From assembly GCF_009914755.1 (NCBI RefSeq), contig NC_060931.1: DNA of 64,000 nucleotides; one strand, written 5' to 3'. Each line of letters opens with the position of its first letter. The first letter of the stretch is position 1. Shown here in pieces: positions 25,930 through 40,467 of the stretch. The notes under the pieces are model-generated. The model saw nothing but the letters and a program-made list of their open reading frames with translations, had not been told where the DNA came from and searched no databases. The translations under genes and the position numbers were made by a program. This DNA comes from the human T2T-CHM13v2.0 reference genome, Homo sapiens.

Positions 25930-28900
25930 ACAAATTTAATTTAAGAGATATGGTATTGTTCAGTTGATCCATAAGTAATTTTAGTGGATTGTTTCTTTTG
26001 AGGAATTTGTCCATCTCATCAAAATTGTGAAAATTTGAGGCATACATTTTTTGTGATTGTATTTGTTATTTGCTATTTGTTTTGCTATAAATGTCTGTAT
26101 TATAATTTAAATGATTGTAGAGTTTTCAGTGAATGTAGAATCTTTATTTCTTGACATTGGTGACTTTTCTTTTGTCTTTTTTTTATTGTGATGTTTTATC
26201 ACTTTTCTTTTTTTTCAAAGGATCAGCTTTTGATTATATTGATTTTCTCTATTTAGATTTCTTTCAAATGCATAGATTTCTTCATTTTTTTTTCCTGCTA
26301 TTTGCTTTGGATTAGATTTGTTATTGTTTTGAATGTTTTCTTAGCTAAAACTTAGATAACTGATTTGAGGCCTTTCTTATTTACTAATATATGCACAACA
26401 TAAATATTTAATGCTGTTTCTTTTCTTTTAAGCACTATGTTAACTGCATCCCTCATTTGAATGTTATGTTTAATTTTCATTCAATTTAAATGTTTTCTAA
26501 TTTTCATTTTGATGCTTTTGTGAATCATAAGTTACCTGGAAGTGTTTAATTTCAAAATGTTTGTTAATATTCTAGCTATATTTCTGGTTTTGATTTCTAA
26601 TTTAATTCTGGTATGGTCAGATAGTATGTCTTGTATTATTTTGGGGAATTTTTTTTGACGGCCCAGAATATTGTCTGTTTCTGTTTATGTTGCATGTGCT
26701 ATTGAGAAAATATCTATTTTGCTTGTTATTGTACACAGGGTTATTAATTGTCTATTAAGTCTATTTTTGGTAGTATTATTCAGGCCTTTAAATCCTTGCT
26801 GATTTTTATATCTACATTTTCTATTACTGTGGTAGAAGTGTTGCAGCTCCAATGATAATTGCATTTTTTAATGTCTCCTTTGAGTTCTATCAAGTTTGTT
26901 TGTGTGTGTGTGTGTGTGTGTGTTTATGAATTTAAAGCTCTATTTAGATTCATACACTTTACAATTGTTACATGTTCATGGTATATTGTCTCCTTATCAT
27001 GATGCAATGTTTCTCTTTATTTCTGGTGAAATCTATTTTGCCTTATACTCATATAGTCACTTCATTTTTAAATTTTTACCAGTTTTCTTTAAAGTTAAAG
27101 TAATTTCTTCTATCGAGTATATAGTTGAGTCTTGGTACTTTATACAAATTTGACATTCTGTGTTTAGATCAATTATACTCAATGCAGTCATTGTTGGATT
27201 AAAATCTATTTGTTCTATTAGTTCTCTATTACATTTTCCCTTTATTCTGCCTGATTTTGATTTTTTGAAATATTCACATTTACTCTTTTTATGGTCGCTA
27301 TTTATATTTCTTTTTTATATTTTAATGGTTATGTTTAACATATTAAGTTATATTGACTAATTTTTGTCTCTCTTCAAACAAAATTATACTTTATATGTAG
27401 TATAAGAATTCTACATCAGTAGGCACATACTTCCTTTTTTTCCCATTTTTTTTGTAACTTTTTGTAAAATATTTAAATTTGGAATGATATATACTCACAT
27501 TTTTCCTCCTAATTTTTCTATAGTCAGAAAATAATTGCTTGGTGAAAAAAATAATAAAAAACAAGCCTAACATGTTTACATTGATTTTAAGTGTTCATGA
27601 AGATCTTCATTTCTTCATGTAGATGCTGTTAATAATAATCCTATGCCTGAATTTTATTCCCTGAATAGCAAGACTGCTAGTAACAATCTATAGTAGGAGG
27701 TTTTGTTTGTCTGAAACTAATATTATGACTCTTTCATTTTTGAATGATATTTTCACAGAATATAGAATTCTAAGTGGGTAGATTTTTTAAAAAATACTCT
27801 AATGATGTCACTTCATTGTCATCTGACTTTCATATTTTTAATATGACATCTGATAAAATTTTAATCATAGTTCTTCTGTATATTGTGCGCCTTTATCTCT
27901 GGTTGCCTTTAATATTTTATCTTTATCTTTGATATTTAGAAATTAGATATCACGCATCTAGGGCTTTTAAATTTGGTGTGGGAGGGTGGTGTTATCTATC
28001 CTGATTAGGGTCACTGATATTCTTAGTTCTACAGATTAATATATTGTATTATTTTTGAAAAATTCCAAGCCATTATCTCATTTAATAGTACTTATGACCT
28101 ATTTTCTCTCTCTTCTCTCATGGAGTACAATTATACATACGCTAAACTATTTGATATTGCCTCCAACAATTCTTCATTGCTATTGTTTTTGGATTTTAAA
28201 ATGTATTTTTAGCTATTATTTTTCAGTTTGTGTTTTAGTTTGGAAAATTTCTGCTGACCTGTCCTTAAGGTTACTGATTCTCCTGTTGTCTGTTTAAGTA
28301 ACACAGTGAATCCTTTAAAGACATTGTTCATATCTATTAATATGGATTTTTTTCTAGCATTTTATTTTTTTCTTATAATTTCAATTTCCCATCCGTATTT
28401 TTATCTGTTCATATACATTTTACCTATTTTTTCAATTTATTAAATATGGTAATTATATTTTTTCTAAATTCTTTAGTAGTTCCAACAATTGTGTCATAGC
28501 TAAGTCTGAATCTGTTAAGTACTTTGTCCCTTGTTGAAGGCTCATTTTTTACTTGCTTTCCTGCATGTCTTACAATGTTCTGTTAAAACTTGGACATTGC
28601 ATATTGGAATGTAGAGACTGAGGTAGTCTTTTAGTTGCTTGAGTATGGGCATGACTTCTTGTCTTCTAAGACTTTACCAGGGAATTGAATTTATGTAGCC
28701 AGAAGTTGACCTAAATTTGGGTGTTGCTATTACTTAGGTTATCTTTATAATTTACTGTATATAACTGTCTTTATAATTTACTAAGTGTTAACTAGTGCAT
28801 AAAGTGAGGGCTGGATTGTTGAAGGGTTTTTCATGCTTTTCTGCCCTCTTCTTTAGGACTTTTCTCACTATTTTCTCAAAGAGTCTGTCTCTATGCTTTT

Positions 28901-29729
28901 GTGCTCCCCCCAGTAGAAGATCGTTAACACTTGGGAGCCTATGCTAGAATGAGAATGTTCTTTGCTGTGATCCAGAGGCGGACACAGGCAGTCTCTGGGT
29001 TTCTAGTTCTTTGGAGTAGGGCTTTCGCAGTTTCCCCTAATGGGAAGTGATCTGTGGTCTGGACAAGGGTGTTTCCATGATGCTGTTTCATTGGAATTTG
29101 GCATGCCACTTTCTCTTCTCCTGGCCACAGTGGGTCTTACCATCTGTCTTGGGATACAACAGATATGTTTTCCTTTCCATAGCAGCTTAATGGTTTTATT
29201 CTGTGGAAGTATTAACCTAGGAAGGACTTTCTGCAGGGCTTTATTCTTTCTTGAGTAGTGACCACTCCCTTCGCCACAATCCAGCATCACTGATGGAGGC
29301 TTTGTCCACTACCCACCTGCCCATATTCTTTTTCCTAAGTACTCAATGGTATTCCTTGGAGAAGAGCCTATGATTGGGTTAATAATTACACTTTTGTATT
29401 CAGATACAAGTGTTTCCATGCTACCACACTAATTCACACTTGACTTTTAGCAATTTGTTAAAAAAAAAAAAAAAAGATGAATTCTTAACTTCTGGTGTGG
29501 TGGCCTAGTCTTCCTCCCATTCTTTGCTCTATATGAGTCTATGTTCATGTGCTATCTCTTCCTGGAGGAGCTTGTGTTTCCTTAGATTTTAAGCTAATTG
29601 GTTGACCTGCAATCTCAGCTCTCAGAAAGACTCCAAAACATTGTGGTTTTATATATTACTGAGTTTTTTCTTCTTTATATTGGAAGCAATATTTTCTGCT
29701 TTCTATAACTTAAGTGGAAGCCAGGAGTC
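25930..29729 (-). mobile_element. Ancient L1M, from 5' part of ORF2 through ORF1 to the 5' terminus
   Basis: T-rich reverse L1 sequence (GAGGAATTTGTCCATCTCATC; GAATATAGAATTCTAAG). It ends in an L1M 5'-terminus-like GGAAGCCAGGAGTC. Confidence 0.78.
26901..26922. repeat. (TG)11 microsatellite
   Basis: Direct reading. Confidence 0.95.
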
Positions 29730-31543
29730 TGTACCTGACTTTTGATATTATGTTTTCTCTATCTTTCATATTCAACTGTGCAACTATGGTATCAATTTAG
29801 TATCATCCCTACGTCCGCACCAAACACTCAGGAATTTTGTCTAAATTTAGTGTCTGAGGATCCCACTTATTCTAAATGAGAAGTAAGAAAGTGGCTGATC
29901 CGACAATTTTAATTCAGCAAAATTCAAAAATGATTCCCAACTTCATGTCATATTCTTTTCTTTGAGATCTGACTTTACCATTTTCATCATCACAGTCTAA
30001 ATCTACTTAAGAGTAAAAGTAAATTATAGACATTTAATAATATTTTAAAACCCATCAGTCTTTTTTCCATAACCATACCTGATTTGAAGTATTATTTTTT
30101 AGGTTCTGAAAACTAAGAGAAAACTTCAGTTAGCAACCCTCAAAAGCTTATCTGTTCTCCTGCTCGAAAGAAAAAAAACAAAAATAAATTATTTCTCATA
30201 GTACATAATTTGCCTAGATTTTTTTTCCTTGCATGAGCTGAGTCAACCTATGCATGGTTTATGTAATTGAAAATGAGCCTAGAGACTGGTAACATTCAGG
30301 TCTTTTGAACAATGTCTGGAGGATAGAAGAATGGATGCAAAAGTCATTTAAAATTCACCACCATGTTTAATTAAACTTATTTAACCTTGCAGGCTCAACA
30401 AATGAGCCAAGCTAGATCAAGTGAATTTTTGTTAATGTTTTTAACATTATCCTAGATATTAATTGAAGGGATACACACAGATTGAAAATTGATGAGGCAT
30501 ATGTTGTGGCTGTACTTGTGGCACCAGAGAACTGTGACCTCTCTAATGATGGTGAAATGCACAAAGGTTATAGGGGAGTTTTTCTAACTTCCTGGAGTAA
30601 TTTATTAGAGATTTGCTTAGACTTTTCCTTGGCTTATTAGTCAGTTATATTTTTGAAAGCTAAATTATCTGACATAAGCAGAAGTTAAGTTCTCATTAGA
30701 ACAACCATTCACTATCAGCCTATGCTGCTTTGCATTTGATTATCATGCTTATTTTCTCCGATTAAAAATGATTCATATGTTGGAGTTGAACACAAATGAA
30801 ATCCTAGAGCAAGGGCATTATGTTAGGCACATGTTAAAACTTCTGTTCTGTAGATGAAGATTACACTTCCTCAGCAGCATCAACAAACAGGCTGATTTAT
30901 TTCTACTTGCATAAACATAAATGTTTAAACATGCTAACTTAATCACATAATGTTAAGTGTTTCTGCAATGATGCTTACAAAAGTACTGCAAAGTCTCATT
31001 ACCAAGGAATGTTAAGACACATTCAATATTCTCTTCTAGTTGGAATTACTTTATAATGACACAGTACTTATTTCAGGCATTTCATCAAGGATGGAAAAGT
31101 ATTTTACTGATTGTGAAACTTTCTGTGTCCTTGCAAAAATTAGAATTTAGAGTAAAATCTCATTAATCCAGACATCAGTATTTCAGAATGTGCTTTAGAC
31201 ACATTCTGTTTAGACAAGTATTAAATTGATGATAAAACTTATATTCTCTATAAAGAAACTGTGTGATACACAAATGTGTAATATAATGAATGAGCTACTT
31301 GGGAAGATACACTTTAAATACCCTAAACTTCTTCAGAAAATCAGTTTTAGTTCAAAGTCATTTGTTTTTAGGTTATTTTTATCCACTTATTATGGCCCGC
31401 TCTTGGGAGATGTATCATGTTCTTTTAATCTGATTTTGCAGATAATTGATAATGTAGTATAATCAAATTGTGTTTTTCTTTATAATAAACCATATTTTAA
31501 CCTTCCTGTAATATATTTTTTCTTCCAAACTTGTGACAATTAG

Positions 31544-31924
<381 letters not shown>

Positions 31925-32168
31925 CAGAATTCTTTAGTTTATGTATATAGTCCTTTATTTTTGTGGAGTCACTTGCAGTTGCTTTGGATTTTACATGCAC
32001 TCTTATGAGTGAGTTTTCCATTATCTTCATTGTAATAGATTCAAGTTGTGAAAAAGCAGATGCTGTGGTAGAACACATTTACCATGCCCTATATTTCTAG
32101 GTTAGTATTCAGCTACATTGACATATCTAGCCTCTTTTCCCATTCAATTAATCATGTAATTAGTGAGT

Positions 32169-32605
32169 ATGGCAAAGATTCTCCATACGATATTCCCTTT
32201 CTCATTTTTAGTATCAAATATAAAATTTATTCTGAGCTTCCATATCTCTAACTGAAGACTCTCTTGACTAGTTTTAATTGCAGCCAGTCGTGGCCATGTG
32301 ACTAAGTTTTCACTGATGAGAAGGAAAAAAATTGTATGGCATTTAAGAAAGTCCCATTAAGAGGAAGGATGAGTTCTCTTTCTTTCTTCTTTCCTGCTGG
32401 CTGAATGCATATGAGATGGTGCTCCTGCAGTCACCTTGGACCAGGAAGTGACTTTTTCAGGATGACAGAACAGCAAGTTAAACAGAGCCTAGCACTCATA
32501 GAATGCATACCTCCAAACTGCCATGACATGTGCTCTATCTTGTTTACCCATTGTTATTTTGGCTTTTTTCAGTGTCAAGTAGTCAAACATAAACTAATTG
32601 ATACC
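32169..32605 (+). mobile_element. MaLR LTR, MLT1J/K-like
   Basis: GTGGCCATGTGACTAAGTT, CTTTCCTGCTGGCTGAATG, CAGTCACCTTGGACCA, and end CTAATTGATAC. Confidence 0.7.
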
Positions 32606-32952
32606 CTGACTTGGAGAGAAGTTACAGAGCATGTTTGGCTCAGCCTTTCTTCTCTCTGTTCCAGATCCCTAGAATTCTCTGCCCAAAGACTGGCTGCATT
32701 TGGAACTGATTTCTCAAGGGTAGCTTGCAGATGTCAGCTGGGTTGGAAAGCAGGAGTAAATCTACCTAATTATGCATTAAAAAACTAGAAAGCACATTTG
32801 GCTGCAGACTCTAAAGCAGCTTCTGCAAATAGCTTCATCATTAATAAAGGTCATATTTTTATCTCCATCTGCCTGACTTGTATATCAGCTATGTTGATGT
32901 TACTGACATGATGGTCATTGAGAATCAATGAAAATAATCATATAACTATATA

Positions 32953-33351
32953 CAATGGTGTACAATTGAGTATCAAGGAAAAGTAGCTTCAATCCATAGT
33001 GTTTGCTGACTTTGGTGGTTGACATATTCCTCCCTTGGCCAATTTCAAGTTATAAATGTAATATCACTGATCAAAGTAAGACAAAGAAGTACAGAAGTAC
33101 ACCATTATATAGTATTTCTGCCATACAGACGCAATATATATAAATCTCAAGCATATATGTAATTTATGACTGTTAAAATAATCAGGAAATGATCTTTTAA
33201 TATCGATTATTTTTAAAGTTAGTAAAATTTATGTTTATATAATTTAACTTTTAATAACAGTTGTATTTAACAATACTTTTTAAATTCTGAACCTAGCAAT
33301 TACCATTTATATGTCAGTATACACTGGCTCTTACACTCACACACACCACTG
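32953..33351 (+). mobile_element. MER63B (hAT-Blackjack) MITE
   Basis: TIRs CAATGGTGT / ACACCACTG. Internal TGGCCAATTTCAAG and CACCATTATATAGTATTTCTGCCATACAGA. Confidence 0.82.
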
Positions 33352-33890
33352 AATGAATATATATTCAGGAATGAAAATGATCATTATTCGTGAAAATTCT
33401 ATACCTAAATCTTGCATTTGAATGCCATATTCATAATGAATTATTATAGTAATATAATACTTTATTTCTACATTGCAATTAACTTAATACTAGTCAAAAG
33501 CTAATAAATCAATGCCATATACATGCAAGTTGTGTGGAATTTTATATTGCTTTCCCACATGAGAAAAGTGGAATGACACTCTCTACTTATCTCTTGGGAT
33601 GTTATAGTCCTAGTCTTCAGTGATTACCTTTGATAACTTTGTAGGATAATTTCACATATTAACTCCATAAATATAGAATATCAGGTATGAAAAATAAGAT
33701 TTCATGCATTAGTCTGTGATGATTAAAATACCTGTTTTATTAAGTTACATTGATTTACATTTTAGTATTTAATAAGTAAGTACTACTGTTTCAGTTATTC
33801 TTCTATATTTACCTTTATACAAAATGTGAAAGTTCCCAGAAGTGGACCACCAATGAAATGGAGTTTTTGCTCCTTTGAGAAAGCTTTTCT

Positions 33891-34191
33891 TTTTTTTTTT
33901 TTTTTTTTTGAGACGGAGTCTTGCTCTGTCGCCCAAGCTGGAGTGCAGTGGCAGCGATCTCGGCTCACTGCCAGCTCCGCCTCCCGGGTTCACGCCATTC
34001 TCCTGCCTCAGCCTCCTGAGTAGCTGGGACTACAGGCGCCCGCCAACACGCTCGGCTAATTTTCTGTATTTTTAGTAGAGACGGGGTTTCACCATGTTAG
34101 CCAGGATGGTCTCGATCGCCTGACCTCGTGATCCGCCCGCCTCAGCCTCCCAAAGTGCTGGGATTACAGGCGTGAGCCACCACGCCTGGCC
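33891..34191 (-). mobile_element. AluY, full length
   Basis: Y diagnostics (GGTTCACGCCATTCTCC, TTAGCCAGGATGGTCTCGAT) and retained CpGs. Perfect 14-bp TSD GAGAAAGCTTTTCT (33877-33890 and 34192-34205). Confidence 0.97.
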
Positions 34192-34229
34192 GAGAAAGCT
34201 TTTCTATACTCAATCATTTAATATTATTT

Positions 34230-34350
34230 AGTTACAGTGAGGCTTTCTTTATGTGTAAAATACATGAACATTGTTATGTTGCAGTTGCCGTGTAAGAATT
34301 AATGAGATGGCATATGTAAAGCAGCTAGAGTAATTATCAGTGCATACCAG
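34230..34350 (+). mobile_element. MIR fragment
   Basis: TTTCTTTATGTGTAAAAT...AAGAATTAATGAGATGGCATATGTAAAGC. Confidence 0.55.
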
Positions 34351-35476
34351 GATCTTCCTGTTTGATCATTTTCACTCTTACCTGACTCTTTCAGTGCCAA
34401 ATTTGTAGTTAGGGTTGGGCATTAGAGGTTAGATTTCAGGAAAAGAGCTTACTTAAGATTGAAATTAAGACATTGTACATATGTTGACATACTTTGAGTC
34501 ATATCCAAGGAGAATCACATGTCAGAAGAATGACGGATCTCAATAACAGAAAAAAGTAAATGGCAAACAGTAAAGAAAGTCAAAGTTTTTAGATTCAAAG
34601 TTAAGGAAAGTGTGAAATGATCAAAAGGCCAGCTGTATCTGGTATCTAAAAGATAAACAACAACATCATAGTTCTGAAATGCTAAGACTGTTAGCTCTGC
34701 CGCTTCGAGTCATTAAAGAAAAAGGAACAATTTTGGTAAGACTTTTTGCAGGCACTGACACTTAAAATTATCAGAACATTTTTGGACATCTGACATGAAC
34801 GTAAACAAGAAAAATCAAACTTAGTACAAATAAAGCTATAGAAAAGAAATTATCAGAATTTGGAAGTTGATGTTTCACACCAGACTCGTTATTCCATGAC
34901 TAACCATATGATTTCTCAGCTGGTATTTAAACCCTGTCATAATCTGTATCTGACTTCAATTGTTATAGCTGTTCCTCTCAAGATCTTAGATCAAACATGT
35001 ATATTACATGAATAAGCTATTATTAATATGTGTTTATAATATCTGGTTATGTTGTTGGAGAGAGCAGCGTCAGTATGGTGAGGAATATGCATCTTGTATT
35101 TATTCCTTTTGTTCAAATGAGCTATAAATAATTTTACAAAATGGAAAATATTAACAAGAGACTAAGTAGATGCTTATGGTATGTATTTATTATCCTGACA
35201 GTTGGCTACCTTTGGCAATGTGTCATTCAGAGCTGCCAGCCTGCCACTCACTAGGGACCCTGTTTTCACTGATGCAGTTTGAGCCCAGACTAAAAGCTGT
35301 GAAATGAAAAACAAAAACAAAAACTATTGAGTTTTGTTTTGAAGAATGCAAGTCTTTACTAATTGAAGGGCTTTAACTGGTCTCTCTATATGTAGAACAT
35401 GGTAGTTGTGGCTGACTTATAGAAGAAATTACTCATAGAAAGCATCACACATGTGCATGGGTGCACGTGCGTGGGT

Positions 35477-35477
<1 letters not shown>

Positions 35478-35507
<30 letters not shown>
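35478..35507. repeat. (CA)15 microsatellite with upstream purine/pyrimidine-alternating tract
   Basis: Direct reading. Confidence 0.95.
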
Positions 35508-35508
<1 letters not shown>

Positions 35509-36269
35509 CTCCAGCCTTCAAGGTTAGGTTGGTAAACTGATCTCTCCAGAGGCCTTTATTCAATAAGAAATTAATGAACTTCCATAGTACTGCTAGTCTT
35601 TCTCTCCCTACATAATTACTGATATAGAATTCGCTTTTGCTTATTAGAACTTAGTGTTTAGTTTAGATATCAGATGTTATTCTCATTATATTTGCGTGTC
35701 TGAATACAATATCTTTCCTATAGAAAATGTACTTAAGTTTCATATGAAAGCAGACAAGAGAAGCATAATTATCCTATACCTAAGGAAAAAATAGATAATA
35801 TTGTAAAAAATATAATTTTAGTTACATTAATATAGGTAAATGTGCTAAATAAAATTAAGTACTGAGTTTAAATATCAACTTGGGCCAGTCATCTAAACTT
35901 ATTTCTCTGAATCTTCCTTGGAAAAAAATAAAACAAAGCAAAACATAAAACTGCCAAGTTTATCTGGATTGTTTTTTCATTTCACCCCTACCCATAACTA
36001 AAGAGCTAAATTATCATTAAATAAAAGTACCATTATGATTAGTAAAAATATTGCTACTCTGTGGCTTATTCTTTAGCCAGGGAGCTGTTGGCAGGACCTT
36101 GGCACAAGAAACAGAAAATCTGACAAGTTAGCCAGAGCCTCAAGCAGGATTCTGGGTCTTCTTACATCATGTCCCAGAGCACTTACCGGACTTCTCTCAA
36201 AAATGCTGATACCTGCTGAAATTCTAGTGCATCAAAAAGATGGGCCTGTCCTCATATGTAGATACTTAG

Positions 36270-36430
36270 ATATTCAGGCTGTCTATTGTTGTGTAACAAC
36301 TGACCACAAAACTTAGGGCTTAAAACAGATACCACACTCTTATACTTTATAGCTTTGTGGGTCAGGAATTTGGGACCTGGCTCAGCCTCATGATGCTTTT
36401 CTTCCATATGATATGGACTGAGAACACTGA
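36270..36430 (-). mobile_element. MLT1 LTR fragment
   Basis: TCTATTGTTGTGTAACAAC...CACAAAACTTAGGGCTTAAAACA...TGTGGGTCAGGAATTTGGG. Confidence 0.7.
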
Positions 36431-36577
36431 ATAAAATACAACTGGCAAGGTTGTGAAATACAACCCTGTGAGCTATATTTATTCAGGGTTTATCTGAAGT
36501 ATTCAGTGTGGGTTCACAGGCAGATATCTATCTGGCTTCTTCTCTTGGAGGCTCAGAGTTCAAATAATAACCTAGTC

Positions 36578-36730
36578 TAGTTGTTCTCAGGTTTTATTGC
36601 CTGGATTGAGAGCATCGGCATCACCTGGAAACTTATGAGGCATGTATATTCTTAGGATATACCCCAGATAAGAAATTCTAGTGATTGTGTTATAACAAGC
36701 CCTCCTCCAGGTGTTTCTGAGGCATAATAT
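36578..36730. mobile_element. MER5A fragment
   Basis: AGCATCGGCATCACCTGGAAACTT...TAACAAGCCCTCC...AGGTGTTTCTGA. Confidence 0.7.
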
Positions 36731-37179
36731 AATTATCCTGCTTGGTACTTACCTATATCTCTACCCCTTCAGATAAATCTTCTGCATTGGCTCTGGAGGG
36801 AGTAGCATTATAAGGAATTAAAAGGATTTAAATATAATGAAATTTAGAAAGATTATCCCAAGATATTACAAGATTTGATTTATCAAAAATTAAATAAAAA
36901 TTTGTATCCTGTTATTACTTTTAATTACAAATGTTCTAATATATTTCAAATAATGATGAAAGAGTAAAAATAAATTTAACTGAAACATTTTCCTCAGTTT
37001 TATTATATTTTTTCTGATGATTCCTGTCAATTTAGTTTGTTTCCAGAACATCTTTTTGTACTTGGAAGGCAAATTTACTTTATTGTTTACTATTTTAATT
37101 TTGTTTCTAAATATCCAATGTCTATGCTAACTGAAGTTGATATTCCTGAAATTTTAAATAAGAGAAAAAGTTGATATAG

Positions 37180-39325
37180 CAGTCCTCATGCCAGTATCAT
37201 ACTGTCTTGATAAATGAAGCTTCAGAGTAATATTTGAAGTTGGGAAATATTTCGAATGCTTTAACTTTGTTCCTTTTCTTCAGGATTCTTTGATTATTAT
37301 GGTCACTCAGACTTCTGTATGAATTTTAATATCAGTCAATGACTACAAATAAAACAGTTGGAAATTTGGTAATTATTATGTTCAATTATGAATAGGTTAT
37401 TTACAACAAATTCATTTCTCATATTTGTAGAAGATGGGAAGTCCAAGATCAAGACAGATTTCATGTCTGGTGCTGGTTCATCTTTTGGCTCATAGATGGT
37501 GTTTTCTTGCTGCCTTCTCACTTAGTGGAAAGGGCTAGTTAGTCTCTGGGGCCTCTTTTATAAAAGTACTAATCCCAATCATAAGGGCTCTGCCCTTAAG
37601 GCCTAACCACTTCCCAAAGGCCCCATGTCCTAATACCTGGCAGGTTACGATTTCAACCTACCACATTTGGGGGTAACAAAAGCAATTAGATCATAGCACA
37701 GAATAAAAGCCTTACATTTATTTTGTTAATTTTTTTCCAAATATATGTTTTGATGCTGTTATAAACAAAATTATTTTCTTAATTTCATTTTCAGATTCAT
37801 TGCAAATATATAAATGAGAATGATTTTTTATATAATCTTTTATCCTGCAAAGTTGATGAAATTTTTTATTTCTTATAGGTTTTTAGTAGATCCTTTAGGA
37901 TTTTCTGTCCATCTTGCTACCTACTAATAGAGATATTTTTTACTGCTTCTTTTTTTTAATCTGTATGTCCTTGTCCTTTATTTTATTTTCTTGCCTAATT
38001 GCACCGCCTTGTCTCTGCAGTGCAATGCTGAATATAAGTGGTGAGAACAGACATCCTTGTCTTGTCTTGACCTTGGGCAGAAACTTAGTCTTTCTTCGTT
38101 GAGGGTGATGTTTGCTACAGGTTTTTCTAGATGGTTTTCATCAAGTTGGGGAATTTCCCTTCTATTCTGACTTAATGAGTCTTTTTATTAAGAAGAAGTA
38201 TTGGGTTTTGTTGAATGCTTTTTCTGTATCTGTTGAGATGATCATGTAGTTTGCCTTTATTTTATTGATATGGTACCATATAGTAATTGGTTTTCTAATA
38301 TTAAGGCATCCTTCCATTCCTGGGAAAAATACTTGGTCATATTGAATATCTTTTTTTTAACATGTTGGATATTTAAATTTTGTTTAGGATGTTTGTAGCT
38401 ATTGTCATTAGACAGAATGTGTAGTTTTCTTTTTGTAATATTTTTGCCTGGTTTTGGTATTAAGGTAATACTGTCCTCATAGCATGAATTAAGAAATATT
38501 CACTGCTTTTTTAATTTTTGGGAAAATTTGTGAATAATTGGTATTAATTATTCCTTAGTTGCTGGTAGAACTCACCAGTGAAGTCTTCTGGGCATTGGGC
38601 TTTTCTTTGTGGGTAGATTTTTGATTACCAATTCAATATCTTTGCTTGTTATAGGTGTATACAGATTTCCTATTTCTTCTTGAGTCAGTTTTGGTAGTTT
38701 GTACACATTTGCCTATTTCATCTAAGTTATTTAATTTATTGGCAAATATTATATTCCAATAATTTTTATTTCTGTAAGACTAGAAGTTATGTCCTCATCT
38801 TATTGCTATTTTTAGTAACTTTAATCTTCTCTCTTTTTCTATTGGTTAGTCTAGGTTGGTTTGTTAACTTTGCTGAATCTTTCCAAGAATCGACTTTTGA
38901 TTTTGATTTCCTCTATAGTTTTTCCTATTCTTGATTTTATTTATTTCCACTCTAACCATTATTTTATTTTTCTTTCAGTTTTATGTTTATTTTCCTCTTT
39001 TTCACATTGTCTTTAAGTAGAAAGTTGGGTTACTGATTTGAGTGTTTTTTTCTCTTTTTTTAAACAAATGTTTGTAACTATACATTTCCCCATGAGCACT
39101 GTTTTTACTGCATTCCATAATTTTAATTTGATGTGTTTTTGTTTTTATTTATCTCTAATTTCCTTGTTGTCTTTTTCTTGAATCCATTGACTACATAATT
39201 TCCACATTTTGTGAATTTGTAAAGTTTATTTCTGTTATCAGTGTCTAATTTTATCACTGTGGTGGAAAAGTATACTTTATATTATTTAAACAGTTTTAAA
39301 TTGATGAAGTCTTGTTTTATGGTAG
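37180..39325 (-). mobile_element. Old L1M ORF2 fragment, interrupted by an MLT1A LTR
   Basis: Reverse L1 motifs (GTGGTGAGAACAGACATCCTTGTCTTG; GGTAGAACTCACCAGTGAAG). Confidence 0.85.
37390..37698 (-). mobile_element. MLT1A-family LTR, partial
   Basis: GGGAAGTCCAAGATCAAG; CTTTTATAAAAGTACTAATCCC; end AGATCATAGCA. Confidence 0.85.
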
Positions 39326-39562
39326 GATATGTGTGTAAAAAATATAGGAAACAATTTGAAAATATGCAAAGAACCAAGTAGAATCATATAAAATATCTTA
39401 TTTCCAAGTTTTCATTATATTTCTTAAGCTTACATATTAAAACACAGATATTTTGATTATTTTTAAACTTGAAACTATTAACTATATTATTCTATTCTAT
39501 ATATGTTAATACAGGTACTATTTATTGAATGTTTTCATGTGAGATACTAAATTCTAATTTCC

Positions 39563-40025
39563 TAATTCACTGATTAATTCTTCCAGAAGTATTTACTGCA
39601 TGCTTATGCTATACCATATGCAATTTAAAGACTGGGGATTCAGCAATAAAAATACAAAGTCCCTGCTTTTATAATGTTAACTTTTATTAGTGGAGACAAT
39701 TCAGAAGTAAATAAATGCATGACCAGGAAAATTTCAAATAGTAAAATGTATGAAGGTAATGAAAATAAAAACATTTCAAAAAGTAGAAGATTAAAAAAAA
39801 TAAAGAATTGGTCTAGATAATAAAGTATCTAGAATGTATTTTAGTAGCATTGGCAAGAGAAGCTCTCGCTAAAGACCTGGGGTAGAAACTTCCTGGCAGA
39901 GAGAACAACAAGAGTAAAATTGTTTTAAGAGAATTGAAAGGAGACCACTGTGGCTACAGTAGACTGATCAGAGGAAAGAGTGACAGACAGTACATGGAAT
40001 GGAGACTTGGGCAAGGTTTGTACCT
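39563..40025 (-). mobile_element. L2 fragment
   Basis: GACTGGGGATTCAGCAATAA...AAAGTCCCTGC; TTCCTGGCAGAGAGAACA. Confidence 0.65.
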
Positions 40026-40093
40026 GAAAGTCTCAAGTCTTATTTAATAATTCTATTGAAGATTCCCAATATTTTAATTTAACCAATGAGTAT

Positions 40094-40467
40094 CGGTATG
40101 GGCTTAATATTTATATTTTCCCAAAAATCATATGTTGAACCCCTCACTCACAATGTTGTAGTATTTGGGCACAGAGTTGTTGGGAGATAATTAGGTTTAG
40201 ATGAGACCATAAATGTGGGGTCCCAATGATAGGATAGTGACCTTATGAGAAGAGGAGAAACCAGGGTTTTCTCTTTCATCACTGTATGAGGACATGGCAA
40301 GAAGGTAGATATCTGCAAGCCAAGTAATGGGCCCTCACCGGGAACTGAATCTGCTGGAACCTTCGTCTTGGACTTCTCATCCTCCACAACTATGAGAAAT
40401 AAATGTCTGTTGCTTAAGCCACCCAGTTTATGGTACTTTTGTTATAGCATTCTAAGCTAACTAACTG
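40094..40467 (+). mobile_element. MLT1A solo LTR
   Basis: CATATGTTGAAC...GGGAGATAATTAGGTTTAGATGAG...GAGAAATAAATGTCTGTTGCTTAAGCCACCCAG. Confidence 0.9.

Noticed and set aside
30860-30935. ETS (CACTTCCTC) plus forkhead (ATAAACA, TGTTTAAACA) motif cluster
   Set aside because: Forkhead-like words are abundant by chance at this AT content, and there is no independent support.
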